Shown: positions 1 to 11,050, counted from the stretch's first letter. The stretch: DNA of 51,230 nt from an uncultured bacterium (GCA_963977445.1 CAXBPH010000006.1:1-51230), one strand, 5' to 3'. Notes: generated from the sequence alone by a model not told the origin. A program made the numbers and translations.

Positions 1-176
1 GGTAGGCGACATTTGTTTTGCGAGGTATGCTTAGACAGTCGGGGCCGTCCCCCCGGGGGTGATCGCACTCAGGGGGAACAGCCCCGACCAGCAACGTCCT
101 CCACCCTACCCGCGAGGTCTCCGGCACCAAGACAGCATGACCCTACCACCACACGTATCAGGTCGGTGCAGTCCCC
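1..176. repeat. Partial copy (truncated by the window start) of a palindromic MITE/REP-like element, in tandem with the copy at 182-410
   Basis: 1-176 is near-identical to 235-410 (period 234 bp) and ends in the arm GTCGGTGCAGTCCCC (162-176). Confidence 0.85.
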
Positions 177-181
177 GCACC

Positions 182-410
182 GGGGACTGCACCGACGTAG
201 TGTGTGTCTATTTTGCGAGGCTTACCTCGTGGTTGGTAGGCGACATTTGTTTTGCGAGGTATGCTTAGACAGTCGGGGCCGTCCCCCCGAGGGTGATCGC
301 ACTCAGGGGGAACAGCCCCGACCAGCAACGTCCTCCAGCCTACCCGCGAGGTCTCCGGCACCAAAACATCATTACCCTACCACCAGATGCATCAGGTCGG
401 TGCAGTCCCC
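182..410. repeat. MITE/REP-like element with 15-bp terminal inverted repeats
   Basis: GGGGACTGCACCGAC (182-196) and GTCGGTGCAGTCCCC (396-410); internal inverted arms GTCGGGGCCGTCCCC and GGGGAACAGCCCCGAC. Confidence 0.85.
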
Positions 411-533
411 GGGGATTCCTCGGCGATGTATTCGTATAGATGGGGCCAGTTTATTGACCTTTTTCCTTTCCCTCGCGTATCATGAGCGCCCGCGAATACC
501 CACCCGATTTTCCGATTACTGGAGGAAAGACCA

Positions 534-1928
<1,395 letters not shown>

Positions 1929-1950
1929 GGCGTTCATGAATTCTAATGCC

Positions 1951-1990
1951 ACCCTGACGGGGTCTTCAGCGGCCCCGTCGGGGTTCATTT
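1951..1990 (+). terminator. Probable intrinsic terminator after fumC
   Basis: ACCCTGACGGGG/CCCCGTCGGGGT stem with a short T-rich tail. Confidence 0.6.
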
Positions 1991-2288
1991 GGGCACTCTT
2001 GACAAGAATAGGCAAAGTGCTCGACATATATGTCGAAAATTTGACACTCCTGTAAACCTATTGTAAATATTGGGTTTACGACTAAAATTTCGCTGAATTC
2101 ACATCAATTTTCTTGGACTTTTGGCGGATCACTCGGGTACAATCCGGTTGTCCGTGAGGGGTGCCAAAATCCCGACACGGACGACCTACCGGATGCGCAG
2201 AAGCCATGCGTGCTTTTTCTTCTGCGGCGCAGTTCCAACCGTAAAAATCCGATGGATGGTGTTAGAACGAACGCAAGGAGGCATTACC

Positions 2289-2921
2289 ATGAGCGAAGAT
2301 CTGCTTAGAGAAATTCTCGGCAACGCCAATAAGAATGATACCTTTCGGCAATTACTTGTCCGTGCCCAGGACGCCAACGCGCTGGTGCAGGTATTTTCGA
2401 ATCCCCACAATCTCGATGAAAGCGTCATCGGCTATGTGCGCAGTGTCGGTCCCGACACCTGCACCATGGAAGAAATGCGCTTCACGGGCGAGGTGGATGG
2501 AAACAACACGTTTTTCATGCGGGACGTAATAGAAATTGCTACGGACACCCGCCTCCTACGCCGCATCGAGCTCCTTCAGGAACGCTCCGAAGGCGTGGAG
2601 ATGGATGATGATGATGACGACGGGCTGTCACCGGAAGTGCCTGATTGCATCACCGCCGAACTGGAGCATGCCCAGGCACGCCGTGAGATGGTCAATTGTA
2701 AGATTGCCACGCCCCGCGATTTTCGCCATGTTTCGGGCTTTGTACGCGCCGTCCTCAATGGTTATGCGGAAATCGAGCTCATTACCATGGAAGGGGATCC
2801 CGACGGGATCGCAACCATCCGTGTGAGCGATATCACCAGTGTGTACCGCAATGAAAAGCGTCAACTGGCCGCCATGCTCTTCCACAGTGAACGGGATCGT
2901 CTCTATCCTGAACTCGGTTAA
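2289..2921 (+). CDS. Hypothetical protein with two internally similar beta-rich halves
   Basis: ATG at 2289 after AAGGAGG; GYVRSV...GEVDG and GFVRAV...GDPDG halves separated by an acidic linker. Confidence 0.75.
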   Translation: MSEDLLREILGNANKNDTFRQLLVRAQDANALVQVFSNPHNLDESVIGYVRSVGPDTCTMEEMRFTGEVDGNNTFFMRDVIEIATDTRLLRRIELLQERSEGVEMDDDDDDGLSPEVPDCITAELEHAQARREMVNCKIATPRDFRHVSGFVRAVLNGYAEIELITMEGDPDGIATIRVSDITSVYRNEKRQLAAMLFHSERDRLYPELG

Positions 2922-2956
2922 TCCCGACCATCACCCTCGCTGAGGTTATATATATA

Positions 2957-2990
2957 GAAAAGGCCCTGGAATCTGTTCCAGGGCCTTTTC
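2957..2990. terminator. Intrinsic terminator-like hairpin
   Basis: Perfect 15-bp inverted repeat GAAAAGGCCCTGGAA/TTCCAGGGCCTTTTC. Confidence 0.75.
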
Positions 2991-3162
2991 GCTATCTTCG
3001 GGCCTGGCGAGCCGCCCAGGCTACGTTGGAGACCCGTTAGCGACACACGGTGGGGCAGCCTTTCCCCGGATATGCATGCCATCGTGATCCAATGGGTGGG
3101 CATGAGGTAAAATACCCCCCTTTGCATTTTTCCCTAAACGACCAGCACGGGTTCACTAAACC

Positions 3163-4905
3163 ATGTCTCCTGAAAACCAATTCAATCGCACCCTCGTTAC
3201 CAGCGCCCTGCCCTATGCCAACGGGCACATCCACCTGGGCCACATCGCGGGGGCCTACCTCCCTGCCGATGTCTATGTTCGCTATATGCGGCAGCGCGGT
3301 GAAAAGATACTCTACATTGGCGGTTCCGACGAATATGGTGTGCCGATTACGCTGAGTGCCCTGAAAGAAGGCATCAGCCCCCAGGACGTGATTGACCGCT
3401 ACCACACGGCCAATAAGGACGCCTTTGCCCGTCTGGGCATCTCCTACGATATCTACGGCCGCACGTCGTGGGAACTCCACAACGACACGACCCAGAAATT
3501 CTTCACCAAGCTCTATGACGATGGATTTATCCACCAGGAAGATATCGAGCTGTGGTATTCAGAGAAGTCCGACCGCTATCTGCCCGATCGCTATGTGACA
3601 GGCACGTGCCCCAAGTGTGGCACCGAAGGGGCCAACGGCGACGAATGCGAGAGTTGTGGGGCCCAGTATTCGCCCCAGGACCTGGTGAATCCCATCGCCA
3701 ATATCCCTGGTGATGCATCCTCGCCTATTCTGAAGAATTCCCGCCACTGGTTCCTCGATTTGCCCAAGTTTCAGGCAGGCCTCAAGGACTGGCTCGATAC
3801 CCACCCCGAATGGCGCGCCAATGTGAAGGGTATCGCCTACAGCTGGGTCGATGACCTTCGTTCCCGCTGTATTACCCGCGACACCGATTGGGGCGTACCC
3901 ATTCCCCTCGATACGCCTGAGGTGAAGGGTAAGAAAATCTACGTGTGGTTTGATGCGCCTATCGGCTATGTGACCAACACGCGCCAATGGGGTATCGACA
4001 CCCTGGGTGATGAAAACGCCTGGGAAGGCTGGTGGAAACAGCAGGACACCCGCCTCCTCCACTTTATCGGTAAAGACAACGTGCCCTTCCACGCCGTAAT
4101 TTTTCCGGCCATGCTGCAGGGTCAGGGCGACTATGTCCTGGCCGATCATGTGGTGGGTAACGAATACCTCAATATCGTGAACCGCCAGACCGGAAAATCG
4201 GAAAAAGGCTCCAAGTCTAAGGGGAATATGATTTCGGTGAAATGGGCCCTGGAGCACTTTGCCCCCGACGCGTTGCGCTATTATCTTTGCGCCAATGCAC
4301 CCGAATCCAAAGACGCCGATTTCGACTGGGACGAATTCATGCAGCGCTACAACGGCGAGTTGTGTGACGTGGTGGGCAATTTCTGCCACCGCTCCCTTAC
4401 GATGACGGTGAAAAACTTTGATGGCCAGGTGCCCCAGGCGGGTGAACTGGACGACGAAGATAAGGCCATGCTGGCGGCCATTCCCGCCGGCCTGGACGCC
4501 ATTGCCGAATCCCTGGAAATCTTCCGATTCCGGCAGGCCCTGGAACGCTTTATTGATTTAGGACGTCAGGCCAACGTCTATTTCGATAGCAAGGCCCCCT
4601 GGACGACCCGAAAGACGGACATCGAACGGACGGGCACGACACTCTATGTGTGTTGCCAGATTGTTCATGCCCTGTGCCACGCCATGGCCCCCTTTATGCC
4701 CGATGGTGCCAACAAGCTTGCGGGTATTCTGAACGTCACCCTGGCGACGGGAGGTCCTGATGGCGGCGAAGATGGCTGGAACGCCGGCAAGAATCTGTTG
4801 CCCGCTGGCGCACCGCTGGCCACCCCGGAAGTGCTCTTTCCCAAGATCGATAAAGATGAGCTTGCGGCCCTGGCCCAGTTACATCTGGATGGAAACGCCT
4901 TTTAA
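3163..4905 (+). CDS. metG: Methionine--tRNA ligase (short form, no C-terminal tRNA-binding domain)
   Basis: TSALPYANG..HLGH, zinc knuckle CPKC/CESC, YVWFDAPIGY, HFIGKDN, KMSKS-like KGSKS. Confidence 0.96.
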   Translation: MSPENQFNRTLVTSALPYANGHIHLGHIAGAYLPADVYVRYMRQRGEKILYIGGSDEYGVPITLSALKEGISPQDVIDRYHTANKDAFARLGISYDIYGRTSWELHNDTTQKFFTKLYDDGFIHQEDIELWYSEKSDRYLPDRYVTGTCPKCGTEGANGDECESCGAQYSPQDLVNPIANIPGDASSPILKNSRHWFLDLPKFQAGLKDWLDTHPEWRANVKGIAYSWVDDLRSRCITRDTDWGVPIPLDTPEVKGKKIYVWFDAPIGYVTNTRQWGIDTLGDENAWEGWWKQQDTRLLHFIGKDNVPFHAVIFPAMLQGQGDYVLADHVVGNEYLNIVNRQTGKSEKGSKSKGNMISVKWALEHFAPDALRYYLCANAPESKDADFDWDEFMQRYNGELCDVVGNFCHRSLTMTVKNFDGQVPQAGELDDEDKAMLAAIPAGLDAIAESLEIFRFRQALERFIDLGRQANVYFDSKAPWTTRKTDIERTGTTLYVCCQIVHALCHAMAPFMPDGANKLAGILNVTLATGGPDGGEDGWNAGKNLLPAGAPLATPEVLFPKIDKDELAALAQLHLDGNAF

Positions 4906-4922
4906 CTTCATCGCATGACCAT

Positions 4923-4960
4923 TCGGCGCGCCTGACAGTAATGTTGGGCGCGCCGATTTT
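4923..4960. terminator. Hairpin terminator between convergent metG and TolC-family genes
   Basis: TCGGCGCGCC/GGCGCGCCGA stem followed by TTTTC. Confidence 0.65.
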
Positions 4961-4989
4961 CTTTGGCTGGGATGCTTGCTTCCCCGGTC

Positions 4990-6438
4990 TTATTCGGTAA
5001 CGGGAATGGCCTGGATTTCACCCGTACCCACGACGTCACTACCCAGCGCCTTCTGGAGGCTGGCATAGGCAACGTAGTAGTCACGGATGGCCTGTACCAG
5101 GGCCGTCTTCGCCTGGGTGTGGACCAGGGCAGCGTCGATAATCTCCGTCTGGGTGCCGAAGCCTTCCTGGTAGCGGAGTTTGGCAAGACGCACGCTCTCT
5201 TCGGCCAGGCCGACGTTTTCCTGGTCGGTTCCCATGGCCACCGTCGATTCCCGCAGGCGAATGAGGGACTGCTCCACGTCGAGGGCCACGAGGCGTTCCA
5301 TATCGGCGTGTTGAAGGCGAAGTCCTTCGATGCGCGCCCGGGCTTCACCCCGTTCATGTTTGCGCTGGCCCCCGAGGTAGAGGTCCCACTGGGCCCCCAC
5401 GCTGAATTGCCATCCGTCGGGCATAACCTGACCGCCATTTTCCACGTTTATCCAGGACACCGTGGCAGCGGCCTGGGGCAGGTATTTCCCTTTCACGACT
5501 CTGGCTTGCTGCTGACCGGCGGCGAGTGCATCGGCGAAGGCCATCAATTCGGGGCGCTGTTGTTGGGCGGCCGCTTTGAGCTCGTCTGCGGTCCGGTCCA
5601 CCGATTCCAGGGGCAGATTTCGGTCGTAGGTGAGGGGCTGGCCGTCGGGCAGGGCCAGGAGACGGCGTAGATTGAGGTCGGCCAATTGGGCCGCGGACTG
5701 GGCGGCCGCTACGTCGGCCTGTCGCGCACCCACTTCGGTTTTCGCACGCAATACCTCGAAGGGCGTCACGGCCCCATCGCTTTCGAGGGCCTCCGTGTCT
5801 TCCAGGTGCCGCTGAAACACGGTGAGCGCCTCGTTGGCCACGTTTTCCAGCGCGTGGGCCAGGAGAGCATCGTGGTAAGCCATACGGGCCTGGTAGGCGA
5901 TTTCCGTGCGCACGGCTTCGCTTCGCCACCCTTCGGAAGTGGCCAGGTAGGTCGACGCCTTGATACCAGCCTCAATCTGACCACCGGCATAGAGCACCTG
6001 GGTGACGGTAAGGCCTGTGGTGGACGTTCCTTTTTCTGGTGCGTAGCCATCGGCACCGATGAGTCGCCGCACGGCGGGCCGGCCTATCGCCGAATCCAGT
6101 CCGTCTATATAGGTGTAGGCCCACTGGGCTTTCACTTCTGGCCGTCGGCGGGAGCGTGCTTGACCCGTTTGGGCTTCGCGAATCGCGATTTCCGTTTCGG
6201 CCACGAGGACTTGTGCATTTTGTTCGAGCGCGCGGGTGACACAGCCCGCCAGATCAAGGGCGAGGGGTTCCAGGCCGTCGATAGCCTCGTCATCACTATG
6301 GTATGCTCCGGGCACCGCCAGAATGGGCGCTACATTTTCAAGGAGCTGATCCAATTCTCCCGTTGCCGTTGATTCGGCGGTCGCGGCGGGTGCTGCAATG
6401 AGCGCGCACAGGATGAGGCTATTCGTGAGTTTTCGCAT
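4990..6438 (-). CDS. TolC-family outer membrane efflux protein
   Basis: Signal peptide; two OEP-like helical repeats (LTVTQVLYAGG; VGAQWDLYLGG; RYQEGFGTQTEIIDA). Confidence 0.88.
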   Translation of the reverse strand: MRKLTNSLILCALIAAPAATAESTATGELDQLLENVAPILAVPGAYHSDDEAIDGLEPLALDLAGCVTRALEQNAQVLVAETEIAIREAQTGQARSRRRPEVKAQWAYTYIDGLDSAIGRPAVRRLIGADGYAPEKGTSTTGLTVTQVLYAGGQIEAGIKASTYLATSEGWRSEAVRTEIAYQARMAYHDALLAHALENVANEALTVFQRHLEDTEALESDGAVTPFEVLRAKTEVGARQADVAAAQSAAQLADLNLRRLLALPDGQPLTYDRNLPLESVDRTADELKAAAQQQRPELMAFADALAAGQQQARVVKGKYLPQAAATVSWINVENGGQVMPDGWQFSVGAQWDLYLGGQRKHERGEARARIEGLRLQHADMERLVALDVEQSLIRLRESTVAMGTDQENVGLAEESVRLAKLRYQEGFGTQTEIIDAALVHTQAKTALVQAIRDYYVAYASLQKALGSDVVGTGEIQAIPVTE

Positions 6439-6578
6439 GGGCGGGGATTCCGGGCTGGTTGGCTTGGGGTGGCACGATCCCTTGCGGGTCCACCATGGCG
6501 TTATGATGCAATCTTAATGGGAGCGGTGACGGGCAGTCAACGAAGCTTCCCCATGACCAATAGGACGGAGCAGTACAC

Positions 6579-7298
6579 ATGAGCGAACTTATTGTGGTCC
6601 GCCACGGCCAGGCCTCGTTTCTTTCCGACGATTATGACCGATTATCCGAGTTGGGTAAGGTGCAATCCCAACGGCTGGGGTCCTATTGGGCCACACAGGA
6701 GCTATTGCCGACGCGGATGGTCGTAGGTCCCCGCCGTCGCCATCGGGAAACGGCCGATGCGCTGATAGCGGCCCTCGAAGCGGGTGGCCAGACGGCACCG
6801 GAGCCGATCTACGACGACCGTCTTGATGAATTCGACTGGGACGGCCTGATGGGCTATGCCAACAGCACCCTTTCCGTGGCGGAGCCGGAAATTGCGGCCT
6901 TGAAAGCGGCCTTTGAAGGCACGGATGACGTGGGTGCCAAGCGACGTACCATTCAACATTATATGGAAGGGGTCATGGCCCATTGGATAACCGGCTCTTT
7001 TCACGAAGAAGGACTGGAGACCTGGAAGGACTTCTGCAGCCGCGTCGAGGTGGCCATGCGCGTCCACACGGCGGATTCGCCCCGGGGCAGCCGCGTGGTG
7101 TTTGTAACCTCCGGTGGCGTGGCGGCGGTCACGGCGGGGCGGGTTCTCGGGGTATCGGCCGAAAAAACCGTGGGCCTTATCTGGACCCTGCGCAACAGCG
7201 CGCTCGTGGAATACCTCTATCACGGAACGCAGATTTCGCTGAGTAGTTTTAACAACGCGCCCCATCTGGATGAGAAGGCGATGTGGACCTACCGATAG
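6579..7298 (+). CDS. Histidine phosphatase (phosphoglycerate mutase-like) family protein
   Basis: N-terminal VRHGQ motif, LDEFD, VTSGG, C-terminal FNNAPHL. Confidence 0.88.
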   Translation: MSELIVVRHGQASFLSDDYDRLSELGKVQSQRLGSYWATQELLPTRMVVGPRRRHRETADALIAALEAGGQTAPEPIYDDRLDEFDWDGLMGYANSTLSVAEPEIAALKAAFEGTDDVGAKRRTIQHYMEGVMAHWITGSFHEEGLETWKDFCSRVEVAMRVHTADSPRGSRVVFVTSGGVAAVTAGRVLGVSAEKTVGLIWTLRNSALVEYLYHGTQISLSSFNNAPHLDEKAMWTYR

Positions 7299-7333
7299 AG
7301 GGTCGCCGAGTCCGTTGTTCATTTCGTCCAGAC

Positions 7334-7511
7334 AAAAAAAGAAACGCCATAACAATGGGACTCGTCATGGCGCCACTCTAGGAGGTTCACGTTTTACAAC
7401 TCAGGTAGAAAGCGCTGGGACGGCACCTTCAACCATTCAATTGTTGTAACCCGCGTAAGTTTTGACTTCCGTGTCATTCTGTCGCTTCAACATCCTTGTT
7501 TCAGCCTCGTA
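7334..7511 (-). ncRNA. Putative sigma28-dependent sRNA (copy 4 of a family); ends approximate
   Basis: Follows a sigma28 promoter; hairpins AAC-AAGGAT-GTT and TGAC-ACGGAA-GTCA (identical to copy 1); UCCC-loop hairpin; AACCTCCT anti-SD; terminator CGCCAT..ATGGCG plus T-tract. Confidence 0.7.
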
Positions 7512-7517
7512 CTAAAT

Positions 7518-7544
7518 GTATCGGCACCTCGGTGGAAAGCTTTA
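7518..7544 (-). promoter_or_regulatory. Sigma28 (FliA)-type promoter
   Basis: Minus strand reads TAAA-gctttccaccgaggt(15 nt)-GCCGATAC. Confidence 0.8.
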
Positions 7545-7630
7545 GGAGGAATCTCTGGCCATTCTGTTTTTCCGGCACGAAGATAAATGGCACCAAATCG
7601 CCTTATATTTCGAGTTGCGTAATTGAACGG

Positions 7631-8776
7631 TTACTTCGATTCCAGAAGATCGAGCTTAGACAAGATCTCTTCTATCTTGTCCAGGAACATTTTAGACTCG
7701 TAGTAGTTCACGAATGCTTTTCTCGCGTTTTCAACGATCTTCAAACGCTCGTCTTCGTGCTCTAGATAGTAGATACACTTTTCTTTCAGATCACTCAGAT
7801 CCCATTTGACCGACACATAGGTCTCGTCGGGGATAAGAATATCTGGAACCGTATCGATATGCTCTACACACGGCTTAATCAGCAGTGCGCCAAAATACAT
7901 GGCTTCGTAGTCTTTCGGTGTATATTCGCACCAACCCGACGGCGAGACAAAAATCCGGCTATTGCGCATTTCCCGATAGTAGTCGGAAAAGCCGACTTTC
8001 TTGATTGACGACACCACGTTGTAGGTACTGGGTAAGTCGTTACAAACGGCAATGGCCTTTTCCCGATGCATCTTGGTCCAACCCTTATACAGGGCTGCCC
8101 GACAATACACGTCAATCGGTTTGTCCACCTTGTTTATTTTGCGGAGGATGTCGTCACGCACCGTTCGCATCAGGGAGAATATTCTCTTGTGCTTTTTGTC
8201 CTTTGCCCACAACACGAAGGATTCCCGACCTTCCGCAAGGTAAATCAATCGTTTCCAGAGGCCAAAATTCCACCCGACGAGCAGTTTGTGATAATCCTCG
8301 GGCAAAATCTGCGACTGGAACATGTTGGTCCAGATTTCGTTGGTGATGGATTCTTCGAGACCATTCTTAACGAAGTAATCGGTGATCTGCGAACCCCCAA
8401 TGTACTTCTTCTCATAGTCTGACATGTCCCGGTTGATATATTGTTTTAAAAACAAATCAACATAGGGCACCGACTCAAATTGCATGCTCTGGTGACCATC
8501 GCCATAGTCAAAATGAACGACTTTGGCGTTGCCTTTGATCTTGTTGACCTCAATATAGAAGTCTTCCGTGGCTTCTCGGGCAAGACGATGGGGGGTATTG
8601 ATAAACAACAAATCGCCATCAAATTTTTTGATGGCGCGAATCTTTTCTTTCAGGTCGTTGGAGACTATTTCCTCGGAAGTAAAACCGAATCGTGCTTCCA
8701 GATCATCCTTGTAGTGGATGAAGGGATACATCGAACCGTTACCAAATCCCTCGGTTGACAGTATTAATGCTTTCAT
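7631..8776 (-). CDS. Glycosyltransferase (GT-B, Glyco_trans_1_2/CgeB-like C-terminus), AT-rich gene
   Basis: C-terminal SPSGWCEYTPKDYEAMYFGALLIKP and YYLEHEDERLKIVENARK; start could also be the TTG at 8785. Confidence 0.75.
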   Translation of the reverse strand: MKALILSTEGFGNGSMYPFIHYKDDLEARFGFTSEEIVSNDLKEKIRAIKKFDGDLLFINTPHRLAREATEDFYIEVNKIKGNAKVVHFDYGDGHQSMQFESVPYVDLFLKQYINRDMSDYEKKYIGGSQITDYFVKNGLEESITNEIWTNMFQSQILPEDYHKLLVGWNFGLWKRLIYLAEGRESFVLWAKDKKHKRIFSLMRTVRDDILRKINKVDKPIDVYCRAALYKGWTKMHREKAIAVCNDLPSTYNVVSSIKKVGFSDYYREMRNSRIFVSPSGWCEYTPKDYEAMYFGALLIKPCVEHIDTVPDILIPDETYVSVKWDLSDLKEKCIYYLEHEDERLKIVENARKAFVNYYESKMFLDKIEEILSKLDLLESK

Positions 8777-9135
8777 AGTTTCCAATCACCTGAGTTTGTC
8801 CCATGAGGGCTGACTTGTAAAATTGACCAATCGCCAAAGATTAACCACACCCGGTGCGGCTGGTCCCATAAGTGGCCCGCTTACTCCCCGACTTGTCAAG
8901 GCAGTAACCTGAAGCTGCGTTGTTTCAGGAATGAGCGCCTGTGCTTGCACGGTCACGCACCCGAAATTTAAACGCCGTTCCACCATGCTGATTTGGCGAT
9001 AGACTACTAAGACAAAGCGTATTCATTGTATCCGAAGGTCTTCTGCTATTCAAACCATCAAATGGGCCACAACGCAGATTATTGAACGACCGATAACCGC
9101 TTGATACAATGTCACACCGACTGAAGGGATACGTT

Positions 9136-9984
9136 ATGCGTACGCTAATATTTGGAAACAAGGGCCAGTTGGGTCGCGATCTGATGGCCGTGTTTCGTCG
9201 CGAATGTGCGGTCAAAGGGTACGATTTACCCGAGGTCAATATTGCTGACGAATCCGCCGTCCAGCCACTGGTCGAGCAATTTGGCCCGGATTTGATCATT
9301 AACGCTGCTGCGTACACCAACGTGGAAGCCGCCGAGAATGATCTGGAGGGTGCCTACCTCGCCAACGAGACGGGCGCTCGAAATCTTGCCGAGATTGCAT
9401 CGCACCATCAGGTGCCGGTCGTCTACATCAGCACCGACTATGTTTTCGACGGAAAAAAGGGTACGCCCTACCTGCCCACCGACCCCATGGCGCCCCTTGG
9501 TGTTTATGGGAAGTCCAAAGCAGCGGGCGAACATGCCACCATGGCGGCCAATCCCCGTCATTTCATTCTGCGCACTGCCTGGCTCTATGGCCCCGGTGGC
9601 AACAATTTCGTAGAAAAGGTTCTGGCCGCTGCGGCTTCTCGCCCTGAGTTGAAGATAGTTGATGACGAAGTCGGTTCACCAACGCACACCTATGATTTGG
9701 CCGAAGTAATCCTTACGTTGGCCAAGACCCAGCACTACGGTGTTTACCATGCGGTCAACACCGGTGCCTGCAATAGATTTGAGTTTGCCCAGGCGTTTCT
9801 GGAACTCGGGGGTTCCACCACACCCATTCAGCCCTGTAGCGCGTCCGCGTTTCCTTCTCAGGCTGAACGGCCCGCCTATTCCGTTCTTGACACATCGAGC
9901 CTCACTGAGGCCTCAGGTTATACCATGCGTCCGTGGCAAGACGCTCTGGCCCATTACATGGAACGAAGGAACACCCATTCATGA
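9136..9984 (+). CDS. rfbD: dTDP-4-dehydrorhamnose reductase
   Basis: GNKGQLG, NAAAYTNV, STDYVFDG, YGKSK, GSPT motifs. Confidence 0.94.
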   Translation: MRTLIFGNKGQLGRDLMAVFRRECAVKGYDLPEVNIADESAVQPLVEQFGPDLIINAAAYTNVEAAENDLEGAYLANETGARNLAEIASHHQVPVVYISTDYVFDGKKGTPYLPTDPMAPLGVYGKSKAAGEHATMAANPRHFILRTAWLYGPGGNNFVEKVLAAAASRPELKIVDDEVGSPTHTYDLAEVILTLAKTQHYGVYHAVNTGACNRFEFAQAFLELGGSTTPIQPCSASAFPSQAERPAYSVLDTSSLTEASGYTMRPWQDALAHYMERRNTHS

Positions 9985-10988
9985 AACGTATACTCGTCAC
10001 CGGCGGTGCCGGATTTATTGGCTCCGCTTTTGTGCGCTGGCAACTCGCCAACTACCCCGATGTACACATCGTCAATATGGACAAATTGACCTACGCCGGT
10101 AATTTGGAGAATGTGGCGGATGTCGATAGTTCGCGCTACACCTTCATCCAAGGGGATATTGCGAATCGCGACGCCATGCTGGCCGCCCTGGAAGGCTGTG
10201 ACGCCGTTGTAAACTTCGCCGCAGAAACCCACGTGGACCGCAGTATCGCGGGTGCGACCGAATTCCTCCGCACCAACGTGGACGGCGTCTACAATCTGGC
10301 CGAATGTGCGAAGATTCTCGGCGTCAGTCGCGTGCTCTTCGTGTCTACCGATGAAGTCTACGGCAGTATCGCGGAAGGCTCTTTTACCGAGACCAGCCCG
10401 TTGACGCCCCGGAATCCCTACAGCGCCGCCAAGGCCGGTGGCGAGCTGGTGGGCATGTCCTACTTCCACACCTTCGACCTGCCCGTCATTATTACCCGAG
10501 GCTCCAATACTTACGGGCCCTATCAATATCCCGAAAAAGTAATGCCGCTCTTTACCACCAATGCCTTTGATGATCAGCCCCTTCCGCTGTACAAAGGCGG
10601 CGAACACAATGTCCGTGACTGGCTCTATGTAGACGATCACGCTTCCGGCGTCGATTGTGCCCTGCGCAACGGCACGCCAGGCCAGGTCTACAATGTGGCG
10701 GGTGGCAATGAGCGGGAGAACATCGAGCTCACCCGTAAGATTCTTGCGCTCACCGGCAAAGACGAGTCACTCATTCAGTGGGTGCCCGATCGCCCCGGTC
10801 ACGATCAACGCTATTCCATCGATGCCAGCAAGCTCAAGGGCCTGGGCTGGCAGCCGGCCATGCCTTGGGAAGAAGGCATGGAAAAGACCGTGGCCTGGTA
10901 TCGGGACAATGAAACCTGGTGGCGGAAAATTAAATCCGGTGAGTTCCGTGAGTACTACGAACGTCAGTACAGCACACTGAAATCCTGA
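9981..10988 (+). CDS. rfbB: dTDP-glucose 4,6-dehydratase
   Basis: VTGGAGFIG, DKLTYAGN, AAETHVDRSI, STDEVYG, YSAAK; ATGA overlap with rfbD. Confidence 0.95.
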   Translation: MKRILVTGGAGFIGSAFVRWQLANYPDVHIVNMDKLTYAGNLENVADVDSSRYTFIQGDIANRDAMLAALEGCDAVVNFAAETHVDRSIAGATEFLRTNVDGVYNLAECAKILGVSRVLFVSTDEVYGSIAEGSFTETSPLTPRNPYSAAKAGGELVGMSYFHTFDLPVIITRGSNTYGPYQYPEKVMPLFTTNAFDDQPLPLYKGGEHNVRDWLYVDDHASGVDCALRNGTPGQVYNVAGGNERENIELTRKILALTGKDESLIQWVPDRPGHDQRYSIDASKLKGLGWQPAMPWEEGMEKTVAWYRDNETWWRKIKSGEFREYYERQYSTLKS

Positions 10989-11014
10989 TACCCGCTAATT
11001 TCCCAGTTCCTGCG

Positions 11015-11050
11015 ACAGCCCTACTCCGTATTATCGGGGTAGGGCTGTTC
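11015..11050 (+). terminator. Hairpin after rfbB
   Basis: ACAGCCCTACTCCG/CGGGGTAGGGCTGT stem. Confidence 0.6.

Noticed and set aside
1..410. CRISPR array
   Set aside because: The unit is 234 bp with near-identical interiors, not short repeats with unique spacers; no cas genes in the window
6470..6485. Sigma54-like TGGCACGATCCCTTGC
   Set aside because: GG-to-GC spacing is 11 nt rather than the required 10
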